The notes under the pieces: model-generated
Told to the model about the DNA's origin: nothing
Database searches by the model: none
What the model saw: the letters and a program-made list of their open reading frames with translations, nothing else
DNA from: a virus
Taxonomy: Duplodnaviria; Caudoviricetes
Length of the DNA: 64,000 nt
Virus record (IMG/VR): IMGVR_UViG_3300044635_001707
Location: 924-64,923 of that record
Reading direction: 5' to 3' (one strand)
Translations under genes and position numbers: made by a program
Shown here: in pieces, positions 32,201 to 39,185 of the stretch
Layout: each line of letters begins with the position of its first letter
How positions within the stretch are numbered: the stretch's first letter is position 1

Positions 32201-33579
32201 AAATCTTTAATAACTGGAGAAGCATTAGGCAATAATCTATTAAAAATAGACTCTACTGCTTTTTTTGATTGTGAAGCTATCCCTTCTCCAATATATTTAT
32301 TAACTGCACCTTTATCGCTACTTTCAGCAGCATCGAAGAATCCACTAATAGCATTTTGAACCCCAGGTGCAGAATTTTGAGTGACCGCTTTAGCGGATTG
32401 TCTAGCTTGTCTAATGGTTGCTAATTTAGCATTTTGAGCAACGCTTTCAATAGTGACATTAATGCTGTCAGAGAACGCCTTGTTTATCTCCGAAAATGTA
32501 CTAGAAATAACTCCGGAATTACTTTGTTTTATTGAACTGCCAGAATACTCCTTAATAGCATCCTCAATGATTGCCTTAACCCTAGCCTGCTCATTTTTGG
32601 GGTCTGATTGTGCTTTTTTGCCAACTCCAAAATATCTTAACGCACTGCTACTAGCTATCCTACTAGCACTTTCAAAGTCTACACCTATATCATCATTAGC
32701 GGCACTCCTGGTGGCTCTTCTACCCCTAGTGCCTTTTTCTACCCTACTATCATGAGTTCTAATGAACGCATCCATTCCATCTTTGAAAATAGCCTCAATG
32801 CGCTTCTGTTCATTCTTAGGGTCTGATTGTGCTTTTTTGCCAACTCCAAAATACCGTAAAAGCATATTTCCAGACATTCTAGTCATGTCATCCATGCTTA
32901 CACCAATAGTATCCTCAATGCTGCTATTGATACCTTTAGTCAGTCTTTTCCCCACATTCTCGAAAGCACCATCAATAATGGAACGCATGGGACTAGCAAC
33001 CACATCTACCCGTTGAGCTTTACTAGAAGATGCGCTGTCTTTTTGTGCTTGCTGTTGAGATGATGCAACGGAAGACTCACTTACAGCATCTCTAACAGCA
33101 CTTTGAACAGCATCGGTTAAGCTCTTTTCTAACTGTTTGCTTAACTCAGATTCAACGGTAATAGTAATAGTTTTATTTGATAATTTCCCTAATCTTTCTT
33201 CTAGTTCATCTAGTTTAGTAACATCAGTATTAACAACAATAGGATTATTATTAAAATATTTGTTAACCTCTTTAAGGTGTTGTACTTTAAGATTTAAATG
33301 TTTGTTTAAATCTGTTAAACTATCGTCGTCAACGTTAACAACAATAGGATTATTATTAAAATATTTGTTAACCTCTTTAAGGTGTTGTACTTTAAGGTTT
33401 AAATGTTTGTTTAAATCTGTTAAACTGTCATCGTCTACATTAATTTCTAAATTAATCTTCTCAAAAGTTTTTTCAATAGAACTTGCAGCCTCATAGGCTT
33501 TCTTCTTAGCTTGTTCCAAGGATTTTTCTAGCTGTGCAGTATCAGCACACAACTCAACAATTAATTCACCTAAATTCAT
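20233..33579 (-). CDS. Giant tail tape measure protein with GH24 lysozyme domain
   Basis: Tape-measure motif QILAKGKLSMEELRQQLGE, IASPSKVM motifs, lysozyme FENF..AY.D..SIGYG..NQLDALTSLTFNVG..LTARR..EKALF, C-terminal FANGG; follows tail chaperone. Confidence 0.9.
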   Translation of the reverse strand: MNLGELIVELCADTAQLEKSLEQAKKKAYEAASSIEKTFEKINLEINVDDDSLTDLNKHLNLKVQHLKEVNKYFNNNPIVVNVDDDSLTDLNKHLNLKVQHLKEVNKYFNNNPIVVNTDVTKLDELEERLGKLSNKTITITVESELSKQLEKSLTDAVQSAVRDAVSESSVASSQQQAQKDSASSSKAQRVDVVASPMRSIIDGAFENVGKRLTKGINSSIEDTIGVSMDDMTRMSGNMLLRYFGVGKKAQSDPKNEQKRIEAIFKDGMDAFIRTHDSRVEKGTRGRRATRSAANDDIGVDFESASRIASSSALRYFGVGKKAQSDPKNEQARVKAIIEDAIKEYSGSSIKQSNSGVISSTFSEINKAFSDSINVTIESVAQNAKLATIRQARQSAKAVTQNSAPGVQNAISGFFDAAESSDKGAVNKYIGEGIASQSKKAVESIFNRLLPNASPVIKDFLKTGVSAKPVEPIAKSSSDILKEAASDLKNAAKALSDAAVSVKSTEPTAKTSKPFVAKTISDPWQDAAPLPKQLPPKANKSPLPPPQQKRELEPIPVNIPEQIKPLFKTIQSEIHKNIDISEGYKNATKSENNLTPLPSIPSSKNTKKYTQVSLDSIEQSLIAINKYFSDEYKRIQAKVKYAISDAGTKEDISAARSEVSNFVSRSKEAISTIDRYVKTGQDAGFSKDINSELSRIHSSGKSSISRNTSTAEKSLGKLNLADKKLFDQQLKGYVAQAESLGIEVDAGLKKGIQHAAGGVSDAARAMLDDLIKAVKAKMEIQSPSKVMIALGLMIASGLAIGIKKGVIDVSGASDLLTDVVGNGLKNIKSIPSEGIESYDQAIKNAVSSNSETTKKVFDNAKKASKATIPGMILGTAMMGVADTNLVPKSIRTPLRHLGAFYQGTTQVHKLNPQLAREAEIATIFNMMQSAEKGDGYFPDGGVVGMVKHKTLPTLAHTLGGFNYTQTKDGGLQINDVYDWHQDTDTDKNTPFKLPKNLGSKIYKFLESKKWLRGLLGIEENLFGNTKAFTKYNKKTGRELFSFLNTQSGNDFQLGHSVHSELIGGNPYIQTHRLDRKGLDDLTDLAANPYIASKGNFGQFLNHPKIQEYVLGNGQESQQPTGNNNLLGNLFNNAKSAFSKGGGLKEVGINLISSFGQGFLSANGGVLGIVIGFAKGVLGAVKKVFGIASPSKVMESIGLNFGEGFENGAVAALVLANKRIAELMLKTVNESATATESEKARVEHFANTVESQNQRIAKGFREGKYNDLNASKAMEILASSTTVSKVMARITGASMAEIPGILQQARRDVKSSPVTENVVPQPVSTIITPRSFAPNPNARLVLPNSTTVNPNARLILPNSTTANPDARLILPSRPSTAARATITQQEVNTQALINKNKDLLVNLNALLNRSMTASLTGFATVLDDLMNAPRSSVVRSLTRQVGARLPVVLPPTVSTSLVPEPFKSTTIKPSLPTGLGFFPILASPAKPPAVTPSPFAPTSPPPPPIPPAPPSLSSPPPPPADGFLPIRVRTPQNATNQYLQLGKDLVTNLFTAVGDSIRQSTLSGYASLGQVMRNAVNAALFSLADTLKQPLYKGLLSQAQSALPWFMKFIPKTMQLIPMLKPLMPIIGGLTLGLGNSIVKNLLNNDVLKPGGFLTKLLSSVTRINLTSLSGGKAHGILGAISKIMNPVPNLVGTAGIGGPLSLAMGLFGPLMNTFSGILGLDPSTRSNPKNQAPTVERVLQEQTLANRKKAGLSNAKGGQASRELIENLGNTAVDSVLENLNIPMIPTSVIQGMTGRSINKQSGKIADVISSIGVQRSKTEKALERAMKSGTISPERLDALTKAALRRRGVDTTTREAMSREELEKARQDIIGKPLAISENERNLMFAMGDIERSRFKLGVPRAQRRLDYLTAKVLKERGVTFSDYTSMKQSGKLEETRRDLAANPNTTGVVGRLTQAYATNDQEALKGLLMQGLKKAGMSSEQLQNIDPKLLNTATAGLMATLTGLQAKFKEKGFDMGKALTQGFKDSVRNLANAKDDLEYNAKKAIGQANFGDAVGLIFRRMTRGTIATQDQFKEMYNQMGTGVKKALFSSSKEADAMFPNMLQFMGSLATTLAPVTSLFASLSPLFLPLAPIIGGIGAAVSMVMPHISKMLDGIQRVEVLQRRFTFLGGSKAGGEAEFKYAKDVAAKMNVPSEVAANSYSQLAIAARGSKMEGQGVKDLFEGITASLSALGISGQDASLVFMAYTQILAKGKLSMEELRQQLGEKFPPAMGVFAKSMGVSVPEMNALVASGSILSQDILPNVAKVLNQDYGASAANQAGGLVVALNKLGNVGFEITTIFTDKLGSTLGWFVGTFADGLALFSNTLGALIPLGQAFAIGFAATIAIGLTTIMTKVKPLVVLFGSLQNLLMATFTAVATNMMPMIIGVTADVADNWLGAEKDLITNMMDGVTNAVVATFSTVDSVMRSMSGGNFSFSSMFGGLVQGAEQAGNIIDWLKGVFSGFFKIIPPGFVELLAMVFMFEQGTGLMVMALAPAFKGFIGAVTGMFGGAAKAFVGVMTSMKIATELMMTSMSSAMAASEARIKIFSATMGFLRTALTHVAVAFGILMFSKGDFSNPMGDSLSKTTKELNNGLTEIRANVQKTADSFDKATNSVTKLGGTLADTLPSKGIQLDIRSFWGGGDFKWDDAIKERNKRDSASGSLMDAVGVGALGAAGAGAAFASGISVLSSILNSAVSTAATIAANKALIAGPVAPVSIFGRLAMAVTPLITAIMSPLGLIVVSIGGFIAAIVLATKALDLFAPKLTGKQKQLIADNKLEGYFDLGENARLTNAQQQILKYFEDQKKNIQNLKEFGASQGFTGKPGDFMADIKPLTSEQQNTFNNTPAISKLNQEIKDNNKRRLAAIADKKNSGASPQEIKDLQNSPGFKELENKSKQMRNVVALAAASFQIENTPENQRIDKELDGKIKKKQAEIDERRAAVSASRNLMAASSTDAFALSMGDGSDAGTIKLEDELKVLEAQKKNQQKLIKASVQRAFNFQEIKDVDKQLINATKKGVELSKALPSDKVRKEQGEVKQLIQQLYKRRQELVDSFGSPLPILENQLKKLEKYKEQLTLGEVEGIQGALITPAVQETQRQIEELKKQIAGVKPFDVKPVEEMLYTQATNAVKDANIKFERASSANRSKSNLSQSKVYSSAGTSQQIAPELANIQLAGLNDSRTLLEEKLKTNQIALDKIAQVIAVGGTNLAEAQSEYDKLTEDIMKDRESLTQNALETAKARRDMKQALIDQTKQVAEYYRTSVREAQSASIEFEKARITLEGSKIQNRLRQALIGAGNNIYTQFVEGIINIISKSTEIEKRELDFRKQQIDYRNNLDAIKLRAAELQQSLPGKIIPFDDEKVKRFNNQLEIVNIRVNSTNSQTQKVAKNIGTDAVNATNSLNNSFVSVGKTIDNIGEKIDSLSIKLQSTPRLFTGNSSVGSLDWFEPALGSPQSRPRLVVPTLPPVPFSPTPSTPPTTQSSIKLPSRINSVEVASLPGFPIQIAQFQKLSTDPKRNFKGTGSFTSPSGKTPFATPMVTPNPTSKPKPNPTSKPKPNPTSKPKPNPTSKPKPKPLVKPKPKPLVKTKSPALSSRLMEMVKKFENFSSKAYSDYNQYSIGYGTVAKSKSERISRTEATKRLNQELLDAQNQVKRLVKVPLNVNQLDALTSLTFNVGQGALKRSALLAKLNTGDYVAAANEFAKLNKADRVSKNVADALTARRLKEKALFNTAPPDGSPIYRNENKKPVVVKPVVVEFVNPNAKLESKKLDNAVINRKALEPDKLQEIISNAAELYGQTENVKNVANDLNYLAQANTEKLQQQLDLYRLIQQTTENIYQALSGIADLELDSTKTIEEGLSPYMSPMKRMELEAADYERSLQKKREGYEKSIRDAGDALKNQNPVIKRLIDVELVKKFPDDAKIRNDVSKLMSKTAQVNALQFIANTKALIRLNANIPAMIAAFKDKREGDEVIRVFGLDVQDARSSLDIEQKKIEQLKVLQTLDPLNPEFNKIADNENAIALKNNEIQYKEKQTAIADLLRTKQIDELRMQKRLEIAEQEYLLTEKTIKLKTSLDKINENTSFQNKLLERAQYLQDSIKGVSDSRSSLLKSYGLDFSAEKLDKQSAISSQGMEFDKASIQLEDFIEKNKLATEANRLTNEQINELRENLRLTNEYKLDAIKLQFSELASVIKNTTSGFRNGFKEFLLSTKSFGESLTDLFNSITKNLIDSLADIASKRMTDSLFGWVAGLFGGKGAGLASGGSFVGDVLPNTSFNMAFAGGMVGELPTFANGGIVGALNKERSLTGRVPHVIIASEGERVLNHKETAIWNKLQGGVAGFANGGVVGTGGNGTIASRMGNTTTINVPVSVAVGSDSEVDTRRLSQAVQAMVSDGIRREMRVGGSINRGNPYGR
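22715..22850 (-). repeat. Tandem 24/21-bp repeats encoding PNPTSKPK / PKPLVK linker
   Basis: Directly visible repeats N-terminal to the lysozyme domain. Confidence 0.9.
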
Positions 33580-33634
33580 AATAAATATCTCCTCTTATAA
33601 AAAAGACTACAGATTAAAAATTATTAACCCGTAG

Positions 33635-34030
33635 TCAAGGCAATAGCAGACTCAACGCAGATAGAACAGGAGCGGGCAAGCCATTGGTTTTGATTAACTC
33701 AGAAATAATCATTTCAGTAGATTGGCCAATCTTGCGATTATTCTCTTTAATCTCATCTGCAAACGGCAACAAATCCACAAAATCAATACTAGGGTCAGTC
33801 TCTTTTTTAAAGCCATTGAACAACCCAGACCAGCCGATAGCGTGAACCCTTGCCTCAATGTTTGCCTGCTCTTTCCTGTTCTTTTCAAGTGCTTCGATGC
33901 ACTCAAAAACTATATGAATTGGCTGATCAAGAAATGACTCCCAATCAGCAAATCTAGGGTCTAATATTCTGTAAGACTGGATTCTCCAGTAGATGCTACT
34001 CCAGTCAATTGGACCGGTGGCTGCTCCCCC
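33635..34030 (-). CDS. Tail assembly chaperone C-terminal (T) frame reached by -1 frameshift
   Basis: Open -1 frame GGAATGPIDWSSIYWRIQ..LLP without ATG; slippery G-GGG-GAG at 34024-34030. Confidence 0.7.
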   Translation of the reverse strand, partial: GGAATGPIDWSSIYWRIQSYRILDPRFADWESFLDQPIHIVFECIEALEKNRKEQANIEARVHAIGWSGLFNGFKKETDPSIDFVDLLPFADEIKENNRKIGQSTEMIISELIKTNGLPAPVLSALSLLLP

Positions 34031-34788
34031 TGGACTGCATTGGAAACAGGAGATTCAATCTGCCAACGACTACGCTCGTTTTCATAGAACTTGTAGATAG
34101 CCACCACAAATTCATTGCTACACCCCTTGGTGTCTTCTTCAGTCCAATCTTCTGTACCAACTTGATATTTTTTCTCACCTTTGCTGTACAAGAAACCTGT
34201 TGTAGCTTCCAGGTTTTCAGACACAGGGAAAACATTAATAATCAAATAATCTTCTTCAACAGCGGGTTCATGATTACCATTAACAATTACCAGGCAATCA
34301 CCAAACTTAATTACCTGTTTATCCTTGAGATAAAAGCTGATGGGCGCAATTTTGATAGAAGTAGCATTAAACGCCACAGGGGCTAATAATTCGACCGGGA
34401 ATGCCACCCGTTTTTGAATCATCAGAGTAGTAATGGCAATAGAGACCGATGCACTATCAATGGCACTCAAAGAATTTAACTCGGTAAAATCCTCAATGTA
34501 GTCATAAATGACAGCCGAATTATCTACCTCCACGCCAGCATCAGCACTGCGAGTAGGTGACAACATTTCCTGGGCTTCGGCGATAGTAACGCCACGGTCA
34601 ACAGAAATTTTCTTGACTAATTTAGATGCGATAATTGCAGCCTTTTGGCGTTTAGAATCAATTAAATCAACCGCACTTGCCTCACCAACCGTGAGAGAGC
34701 CGCGTTTTTCTAGATAGATTACACCAGATAGTTCATCACCAACCGGCATAATTTCATATTTAGGCTTCTTATTAATGACTGGACGCAT
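33961..34788 (-). CDS. Tail assembly chaperone (G)
   Basis: Lies between tail tube and tape measure genes; overlaps T frame. Confidence 0.7.
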   Translation of the reverse strand: MRPVINKKPKYEIMPVGDELSGVIYLEKRGSLTVGEASAVDLIDSKRQKAAIIASKLVKKISVDRGVTIAEAQEMLSPTRSADAGVEVDNSAVIYDYIEDFTELNSLSAIDSASVSIAITTLMIQKRVAFPVELLAPVAFNATSIKIAPISFYLKDKQVIKFGDCLVIVNGNHEPAVEEDYLIINVFPVSENLEATTGFLYSKGEKKYQVGTEDWTEEDTKGCSNEFVVAIYKFYENERSRWQIESPVSNAVQGEQPPVQLTGVASTGESSLTEY

Positions 34789-35014
34789 ATTCAATCTCCA
34801 AATTATCTTCTGAGTCTGCAAAAACTTGATAGGTTGCTATTTGTTGAACCGATTCAGGAATCTTGATTTTACAGGTGGTTCTGCCATTAGAAACGCTGAT
34901 TTCTCCAGACAAACCACCTCTAAAAACAGCCGCACCACATAGCAACCTATCGTGATGGATGCGGCAATTAATCAAGATAGCTAGTAAACCCGTACTATCT
35001 TTAAGAACCTTCAT
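34772..35014 (-). CDS. Hypothetical tail-region protein
   Basis: Coupled to tail tube gene. Confidence 0.55.
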   Translation of the reverse strand: MKVLKDSTGLLAILINCRIHHDRLLCGAAVFRGGLSGEISVSNGRTTCKIKIPESVQQIATYQVFADSEDNLEIEYASSH

Positions 35015-35772
35015 TAGAGGTTATAGGAAGGGAATCCATTAGCTAAACCACCAGTAGCGTAGTACGCAGGTGTCCAAATCCAATCGTCTTGGAACTCTAG
35101 GGTAAAGGTATACTTCATTACTTCCATTGGTGTACCTGTCAAGTTCAAAGCAGTGGATTTAGCTGCACCCTCAAACTTTGAACCATTGGGATAGGTAGCA
35201 ATGGCGTATAATTCGCGGTTCATGTACACGGGGTCAAAGTGTGTACGTTTGATGAACTGCTCTAATGCGATATCACCAACATACTCAATACCCTCTACAG
35301 ATATTTCTCGCTTAGAACGGATAATGGCGGAGCTAGTGCCTGAACCAGATTGAGAGTGTGTGGTGTCTACTACAGTGGGACTAGGCTGTAAACCAAAGCT
35401 GGTAATACCTAGCAGGGGAAACATATCCTGTACCAAGCGGGCGGTAGAGTTGGCGGCGATCGCATCCAGTAGAGGAGCAACGGTAAGGGTTACGGTAGTT
35501 GTACCGCTCAAAGTTGCGTTGGCTAAAACTAAGGCTTGTTGTCTGATTGTGGGACTAGAAGGGGCAACAAAGCTCAAAGAAGTACCAGCAGCAATGGTGT
35601 AGTTAATACCCGCGGTGGTAGCCACACTGATAGTAGTAGATCCTTCAGCGGCCAAGGATGTCACGGTAATAGTTGCGGCGGTAACGCTACGGGTATTTTC
35701 GGGTAGCAACTTCAAATCTAAGGTGTAGTTTTGAAGGATTACGGTTTGGACTGGACGGTTAGCAACTGCCAT
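35014..35772 (-). CDS. Major tail tube protein
   Basis: Synteny; VDTT..SG, YPNGSKFEGAA..T...G...EVMKYTFTLEF pattern. Confidence 0.7.
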   Translation of the reverse strand: MAVANRPVQTVILQNYTLDLKLLPENTRSVTAATITVTSLAAEGSTTISVATTAGINYTIAAGTSLSFVAPSSPTIRQQALVLANATLSGTTTVTLTVAPLLDAIAANSTARLVQDMFPLLGITSFGLQPSPTVVDTTHSQSGSGTSSAIIRSKREISVEGIEYVGDIALEQFIKRTHFDPVYMNRELYAIATYPNGSKFEGAAKSTALNLTGTPMEVMKYTFTLEFQDDWIWTPAYYATGGLANGFPSYNL

Positions 35773-35811
35773 ATACTAATAAATTCCTAAACTAATTTAA
35801 CAAAACACAGA

Positions 35812-36423
35812 TTAAGCACTTCGGGAAACTCGAATGCTGTTATAGAAAGCATCTAGGTCAACACTAGGCACATTACCTTGAGGGTCTACCAAGTTAATAG
35901 AAACACTAGCGTTAGCGGCTGTACCCGCAGTACCGCCCAAGCTACCGTCATACAAGAACAAGGTTGGGCGAATTGTCACCACAGATCCAGACTTGACATA
36001 AGTCAAGCGCACACCCCAGGTAGTAGGTGCAATAGCAGGTGGTGTAACGGTAATAACGGTACTGTTAGTGGTTGTACTACTAACAGTCGGGGCAACGCTC
36101 ACGGTAATAGAAGTAGTGCTGTTAATTGCGGTTACGGTATTCGCCGCAATAGTACCACCACCGCTACTCACGGTAATCACGTCCCCAACCCTAACGGAAG
36201 CAAAGCCGTTAGGTGTGGTAGTAGTGATAGTAGTATTGGTTGCTACCAAGTTACAGTTAGAGACATTAAAAGTAGGTGGTGTAATTGATGCGTGAGTAAA
36301 CGGGAGAAAGTAGGACTCCTCTAGTCCTGTATCCACTTCTACCGCCGTACCAGCGTTGATAGTAGCATTGGTGGCGTTTGTAGTTGTGGACTTTGGGCGG
36401 TTAAAATCTAATGTGATGGGCAT
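35812..36423 (-). CDS. Thr-rich beta-sandwich structural protein
   Basis: T/V/S-rich, VRVGDVITV; in structural operon. Confidence 0.6.
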   Translation of the reverse strand: MPITLDFNRPKSTTTNATNATINAGTAVEVDTGLEESYFLPFTHASITPPTFNVSNCNLVATNTTITTTTPNGFASVRVGDVITVSSGGGTIAANTVTAINSTTSITVSVAPTVSSTTTNSTVITVTPPAIAPTTWGVRLTYVKSGSVVTIRPTLFLYDGSLGGTAGTAANASVSINLVDPQGNVPSVDLDAFYNSIRVSRSA

Positions 36424-36427
36424 GGTT

Positions 36428-36796
36428 TTAAATAACAATAGGGTCAAAAATCAAAATCCTGCTTTGCTCTAAGGTGTCCGAAGCTGCGGGTAGATGAGTA
36501 TAACGAGACACCGTAAAACGCTTTTCAATCTTGGCAAGGGCTAAGGGTAAATTAGAGTTTTTTGCCCAATTCCTCAAAGTCACCTCCCACAACTGCGGTT
36601 TATACTTATACCCGGCACTGGTAGCACGAGCCACGGTATCAGGCGTTTCCTTAATCAAGCACTCCAGTCCATTACTAGAGGATGGTGGTTGTGAGGAGCT
36701 ACCGTATACCCACACAGAGGGTGTACCGTTGGTATAAGTACCTAACTCAGTCGCCAACAAAGCCGTTAAAATTCTTCTTAAATCAGCTACCTTCAT
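36428..36796 (-). CDS. Putative tail terminator
   Basis: Size and synteny. Confidence 0.5.
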   Translation of the reverse strand: MKVADLRRILTALLATELGTYTNGTPSVWVYGSSSQPPSSSNGLECLIKETPDTVARATSAGYKYKPQLWEVTLRNWAKNSNLPLALAKIEKRFTVSRYTHLPAASDTLEQSRILIFDPIVI

Positions 36797-37178
36797 ACTG
36801 CACCTGATAAGAGTTTTTCAACGCACCTGTATCAACGATATCTCTAGGAGAATCAACAACAGCACCACTTTTTCTAACAGTAGTGCGCGGCCATTGCCAC
36901 CTAGTATCGCTAATATTTGATTGACAATTTTCTCCAAATCCCTCAGACATTTCTAGGAACGCCTGCTTGAAGTTATGGGACTGGGAAAAACTGTCAGCAT
37001 ATTTATTTAAAAAATCATATTCTTTGATAGCAACATCTACCCAGGGTCTGGCAGGTTTTTCGCTGCCATTAACAGAGGTAGAGCCTTCGTGAACAGCAGC
37101 CGCATAGGGTGTATTCCAGGAATGAATAGCCTTGAGTTTTTTAGGAATATTCAATTTAATCCAATTAGCTTCTACCAT
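36783..37178 (-). CDS. Tail completion protein (HK97 gp10-like)
   Basis: PYAAAVHEG..PARPW, RDIVDTGALKNS. Confidence 0.7.
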   Translation of the reverse strand: MVEANWIKLNIPKKLKAIHSWNTPYAAAVHEGSTSVNGSEKPARPWVDVAIKEYDFLNKYADSFSQSHNFKQAFLEMSEGFGENCQSNISDTRWQWPRTTVRKSGAVVDSPRDIVDTGALKNSYQVQYEGS

Positions 37179-37182
37179 TTGT

Positions 37183-37608
37183 TTACACCTTGCTTGCTAT
37201 CGTTAGAGTGCCTTTAATAAATTTATTTCTAACATTTAGATAACTAGAAACTCTATTTTGAACCACTGGAGTGAATCGCCATACTCCTGTTATTTGCGCT
37301 CCTTGAGAGTCGGTCAAGATTGCATTAGCTATAGACTCGTAACCTATACCTGATGGTAAGTTTGACGTTAATCTACCCTTGAGTCGCATTACCTGTTGTC
37401 CAATTTCCGCTACTTCTGGAATAAGCCTAGACTGAGAATCATCACTCACCGTAGCGGTAACAATAACAGTAGTCACGTTCTCAATCAAATTACCTACAGC
37501 ATCTTCAACAAACTGACCGTTTCCAGATTTAAAAGCTAAACTTAAATTAGCCGCAAAATGTGGCTTACTCAAGTAACCAATTGTCTGTGAAACATAGGAG
37601 TCAATCAT
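37183..37608 (-). CDS. Putative head-closure protein
   Basis: Synteny; ED..GN motif. Confidence 0.5.
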   Translation of the reverse strand: MIDSYVSQTIGYLSKPHFAANLSLAFKSGNGQFVEDAVGNLIENVTTVIVTATVSDDSQSRLIPEVAEIGQQVMRLKGRLTSNLPSGIGYESIANAILTDSQGAQITGVWRFTPVVQNRVSSYLNVRNKFIKGTLTIASKV

Positions 37609-38020
37609 GATTTTATTCAGTAATTTTATTGCCAAATTTCCAGAATTTACAAACGAACAAACCAAGTTTAATTTATTTATGCCTGATGTTGAATCAGAGA
37701 TAAATATTTATAATTGGGGAACTTTGAGAAACACAGCGACGGAACTGTTATTAGCTCACAGAATCTCAATTACCAAACCCAGTCAAAACAGCGATTACAC
37801 AACAGGAACTTTGAGAATTTTAGAGGTAGAAGACGACTCCTACCGAGTAGAATTACAACCGCTATCTGACAACAACTACGCTTTGAGTAAGTATGGATTG
37901 GAATACCAAAGACTACTAAAGATAGTCACCCATTCCAGTGATGAGAAATCATCTTTTACAAAAGGAACTTCTATCACCGGAACGACAGGAGCTAGTAAAA
38001 TCAAGTGGTCGCAGCATTAA
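37607..38020 (+). CDS. Head-tail adaptor (DUF4054-like), inverted relative to operon
   Basis: FIAKFPEF, ELLLAH, SKYGLEYQRL. Confidence 0.75.
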   Translation: MILFSNFIAKFPEFTNEQTKFNLFMPDVESEINIYNWGTLRNTATELLLAHRISITKPSQNSDYTTGTLRILEVEDDSYRVELQPLSDNNYALSKYGLEYQRLLKIVTHSSDEKSSFTKGTSITGTTGASKIKWSQH

Positions 38021-39174
38021 ACATCCACTTTTCTAGCACCAATAAACCGAGGATCAGGTACTAATGGAAATCCACGGCCAGCTACAGTAATTTTTTCCTG
38101 GGGTGGCTCTTTGCTGACTATTTCAGTAGTTGTGACTAGACCACCTGCGAAATTATTAGAAGCAGTAGGTACAATCGCTCGCTCGATGAAATTGTCAGTA
38201 GCAAAGAAATAGTAGTTTGCCGGAATATAAGAAAGGGTTTGTGTGCCTGTAACATTTGCGCCGCGCTGATAGTAGAACGCATCAGACACAATGATTTGTG
38301 TTGTCCCCATCTGCCCACCACCAGCAATAATGCGCTGGTTGATAGCATCACTTACGGCTTCCAAAGAAGGCGGAGGCAATTGCCCAATGGCAGCCGCGTC
38401 AGGTGTTCCTACTTCCATCAATACGCCTGTATTACGTGCAACAATCGCTTTAGTGCTACTTTGATTACGTAAGTCATTAGCTGTCTTACGGGACATAACA
38501 ATAAAAGGCGGGAACTTCTTCAAGTTGTCGTAATAAGCATTCATGTGACCGACAATATCGTTGATACCGGTAGCGTTTGCCCAGTTCGACCATACGGATG
38601 TACCTGTGAGTGCAGATGGTAGGTTGCCGTTTGGTATTTGACTGGCATAACTCAAGTTAGCTGTAATACCAGAGGTGGGGTCTGCATAGTTGCAAATACC
38701 CGTACAAGCCACCTGCAACGACATAACCGTATGCAAGTTGATTAATGACTGCGTCAACATCGCAGGAACAGCTAGGAACATATTCCTGATTGCTTCGGCT
38801 GCTTGACCATTGCCACTCATGGCTAGTTGCTCCGCTTGACGAGCAACAATGAAGTCCTCTTCAGTAATTAGCCGTGATTTAGCAAGTTTAAAGTTACCAA
38901 AAGTCTCCTGAGTAACTGTCAATCGCTCGCTATCCTGGGGAATATCACCGTCAGTTGCCACGACGTACCCCACAGTAGGAGTGTAAGAGCGCATTTTTAG
39001 TAACGCCAGAATAGGGTCTGAATACTGCACAAAAGGCAAGAATCTATTCAAAGCGGGGTCAGGATAACCATCTCTGTAGACTTCCCCCGTACTAGACACT
39101 GTAGACAGTTGCAAGTCAATGGCACGCTGCACTACACCGGGCTGATTGTTGACTAATTCGATAATAGAAGGCAT
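38017..39174 (-). CDS. Major capsid protein (lambda gpE-like)
   Basis: 385 aa after decoration and protease genes; W.N..A..I.DI, IVMSR, EPP..K..V.GRGFP. Confidence 0.8.
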   Translation of the reverse strand: MPSIIELVNNQPGVVQRAIDLQLSTVSSTGEVYRDGYPDPALNRFLPFVQYSDPILALLKMRSYTPTVGYVVATDGDIPQDSERLTVTQETFGNFKLAKSRLITEEDFIVARQAEQLAMSGNGQAAEAIRNMFLAVPAMLTQSLINLHTVMSLQVACTGICNYADPTSGITANLSYASQIPNGNLPSALTGTSVWSNWANATGINDIVGHMNAYYDNLKKFPPFIVMSRKTANDLRNQSSTKAIVARNTGVLMEVGTPDAAAIGQLPPPSLEAVSDAINQRIIAGGGQMGTTQIIVSDAFYYQRGANVTGTQTLSYIPANYYFFATDNFIERAIVPTASNNFAGGLVTTTEIVSKEPPQEKITVAGRGFPLVPDPRFIGARKVDV

Positions 39175-39185
39175 CTAATCACCAC

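Noticed and set aside
20291-33496. Many + strand ORFs opposite the tape measure gene
   Set aside because: Antisense shadow frames of the long coding sequence
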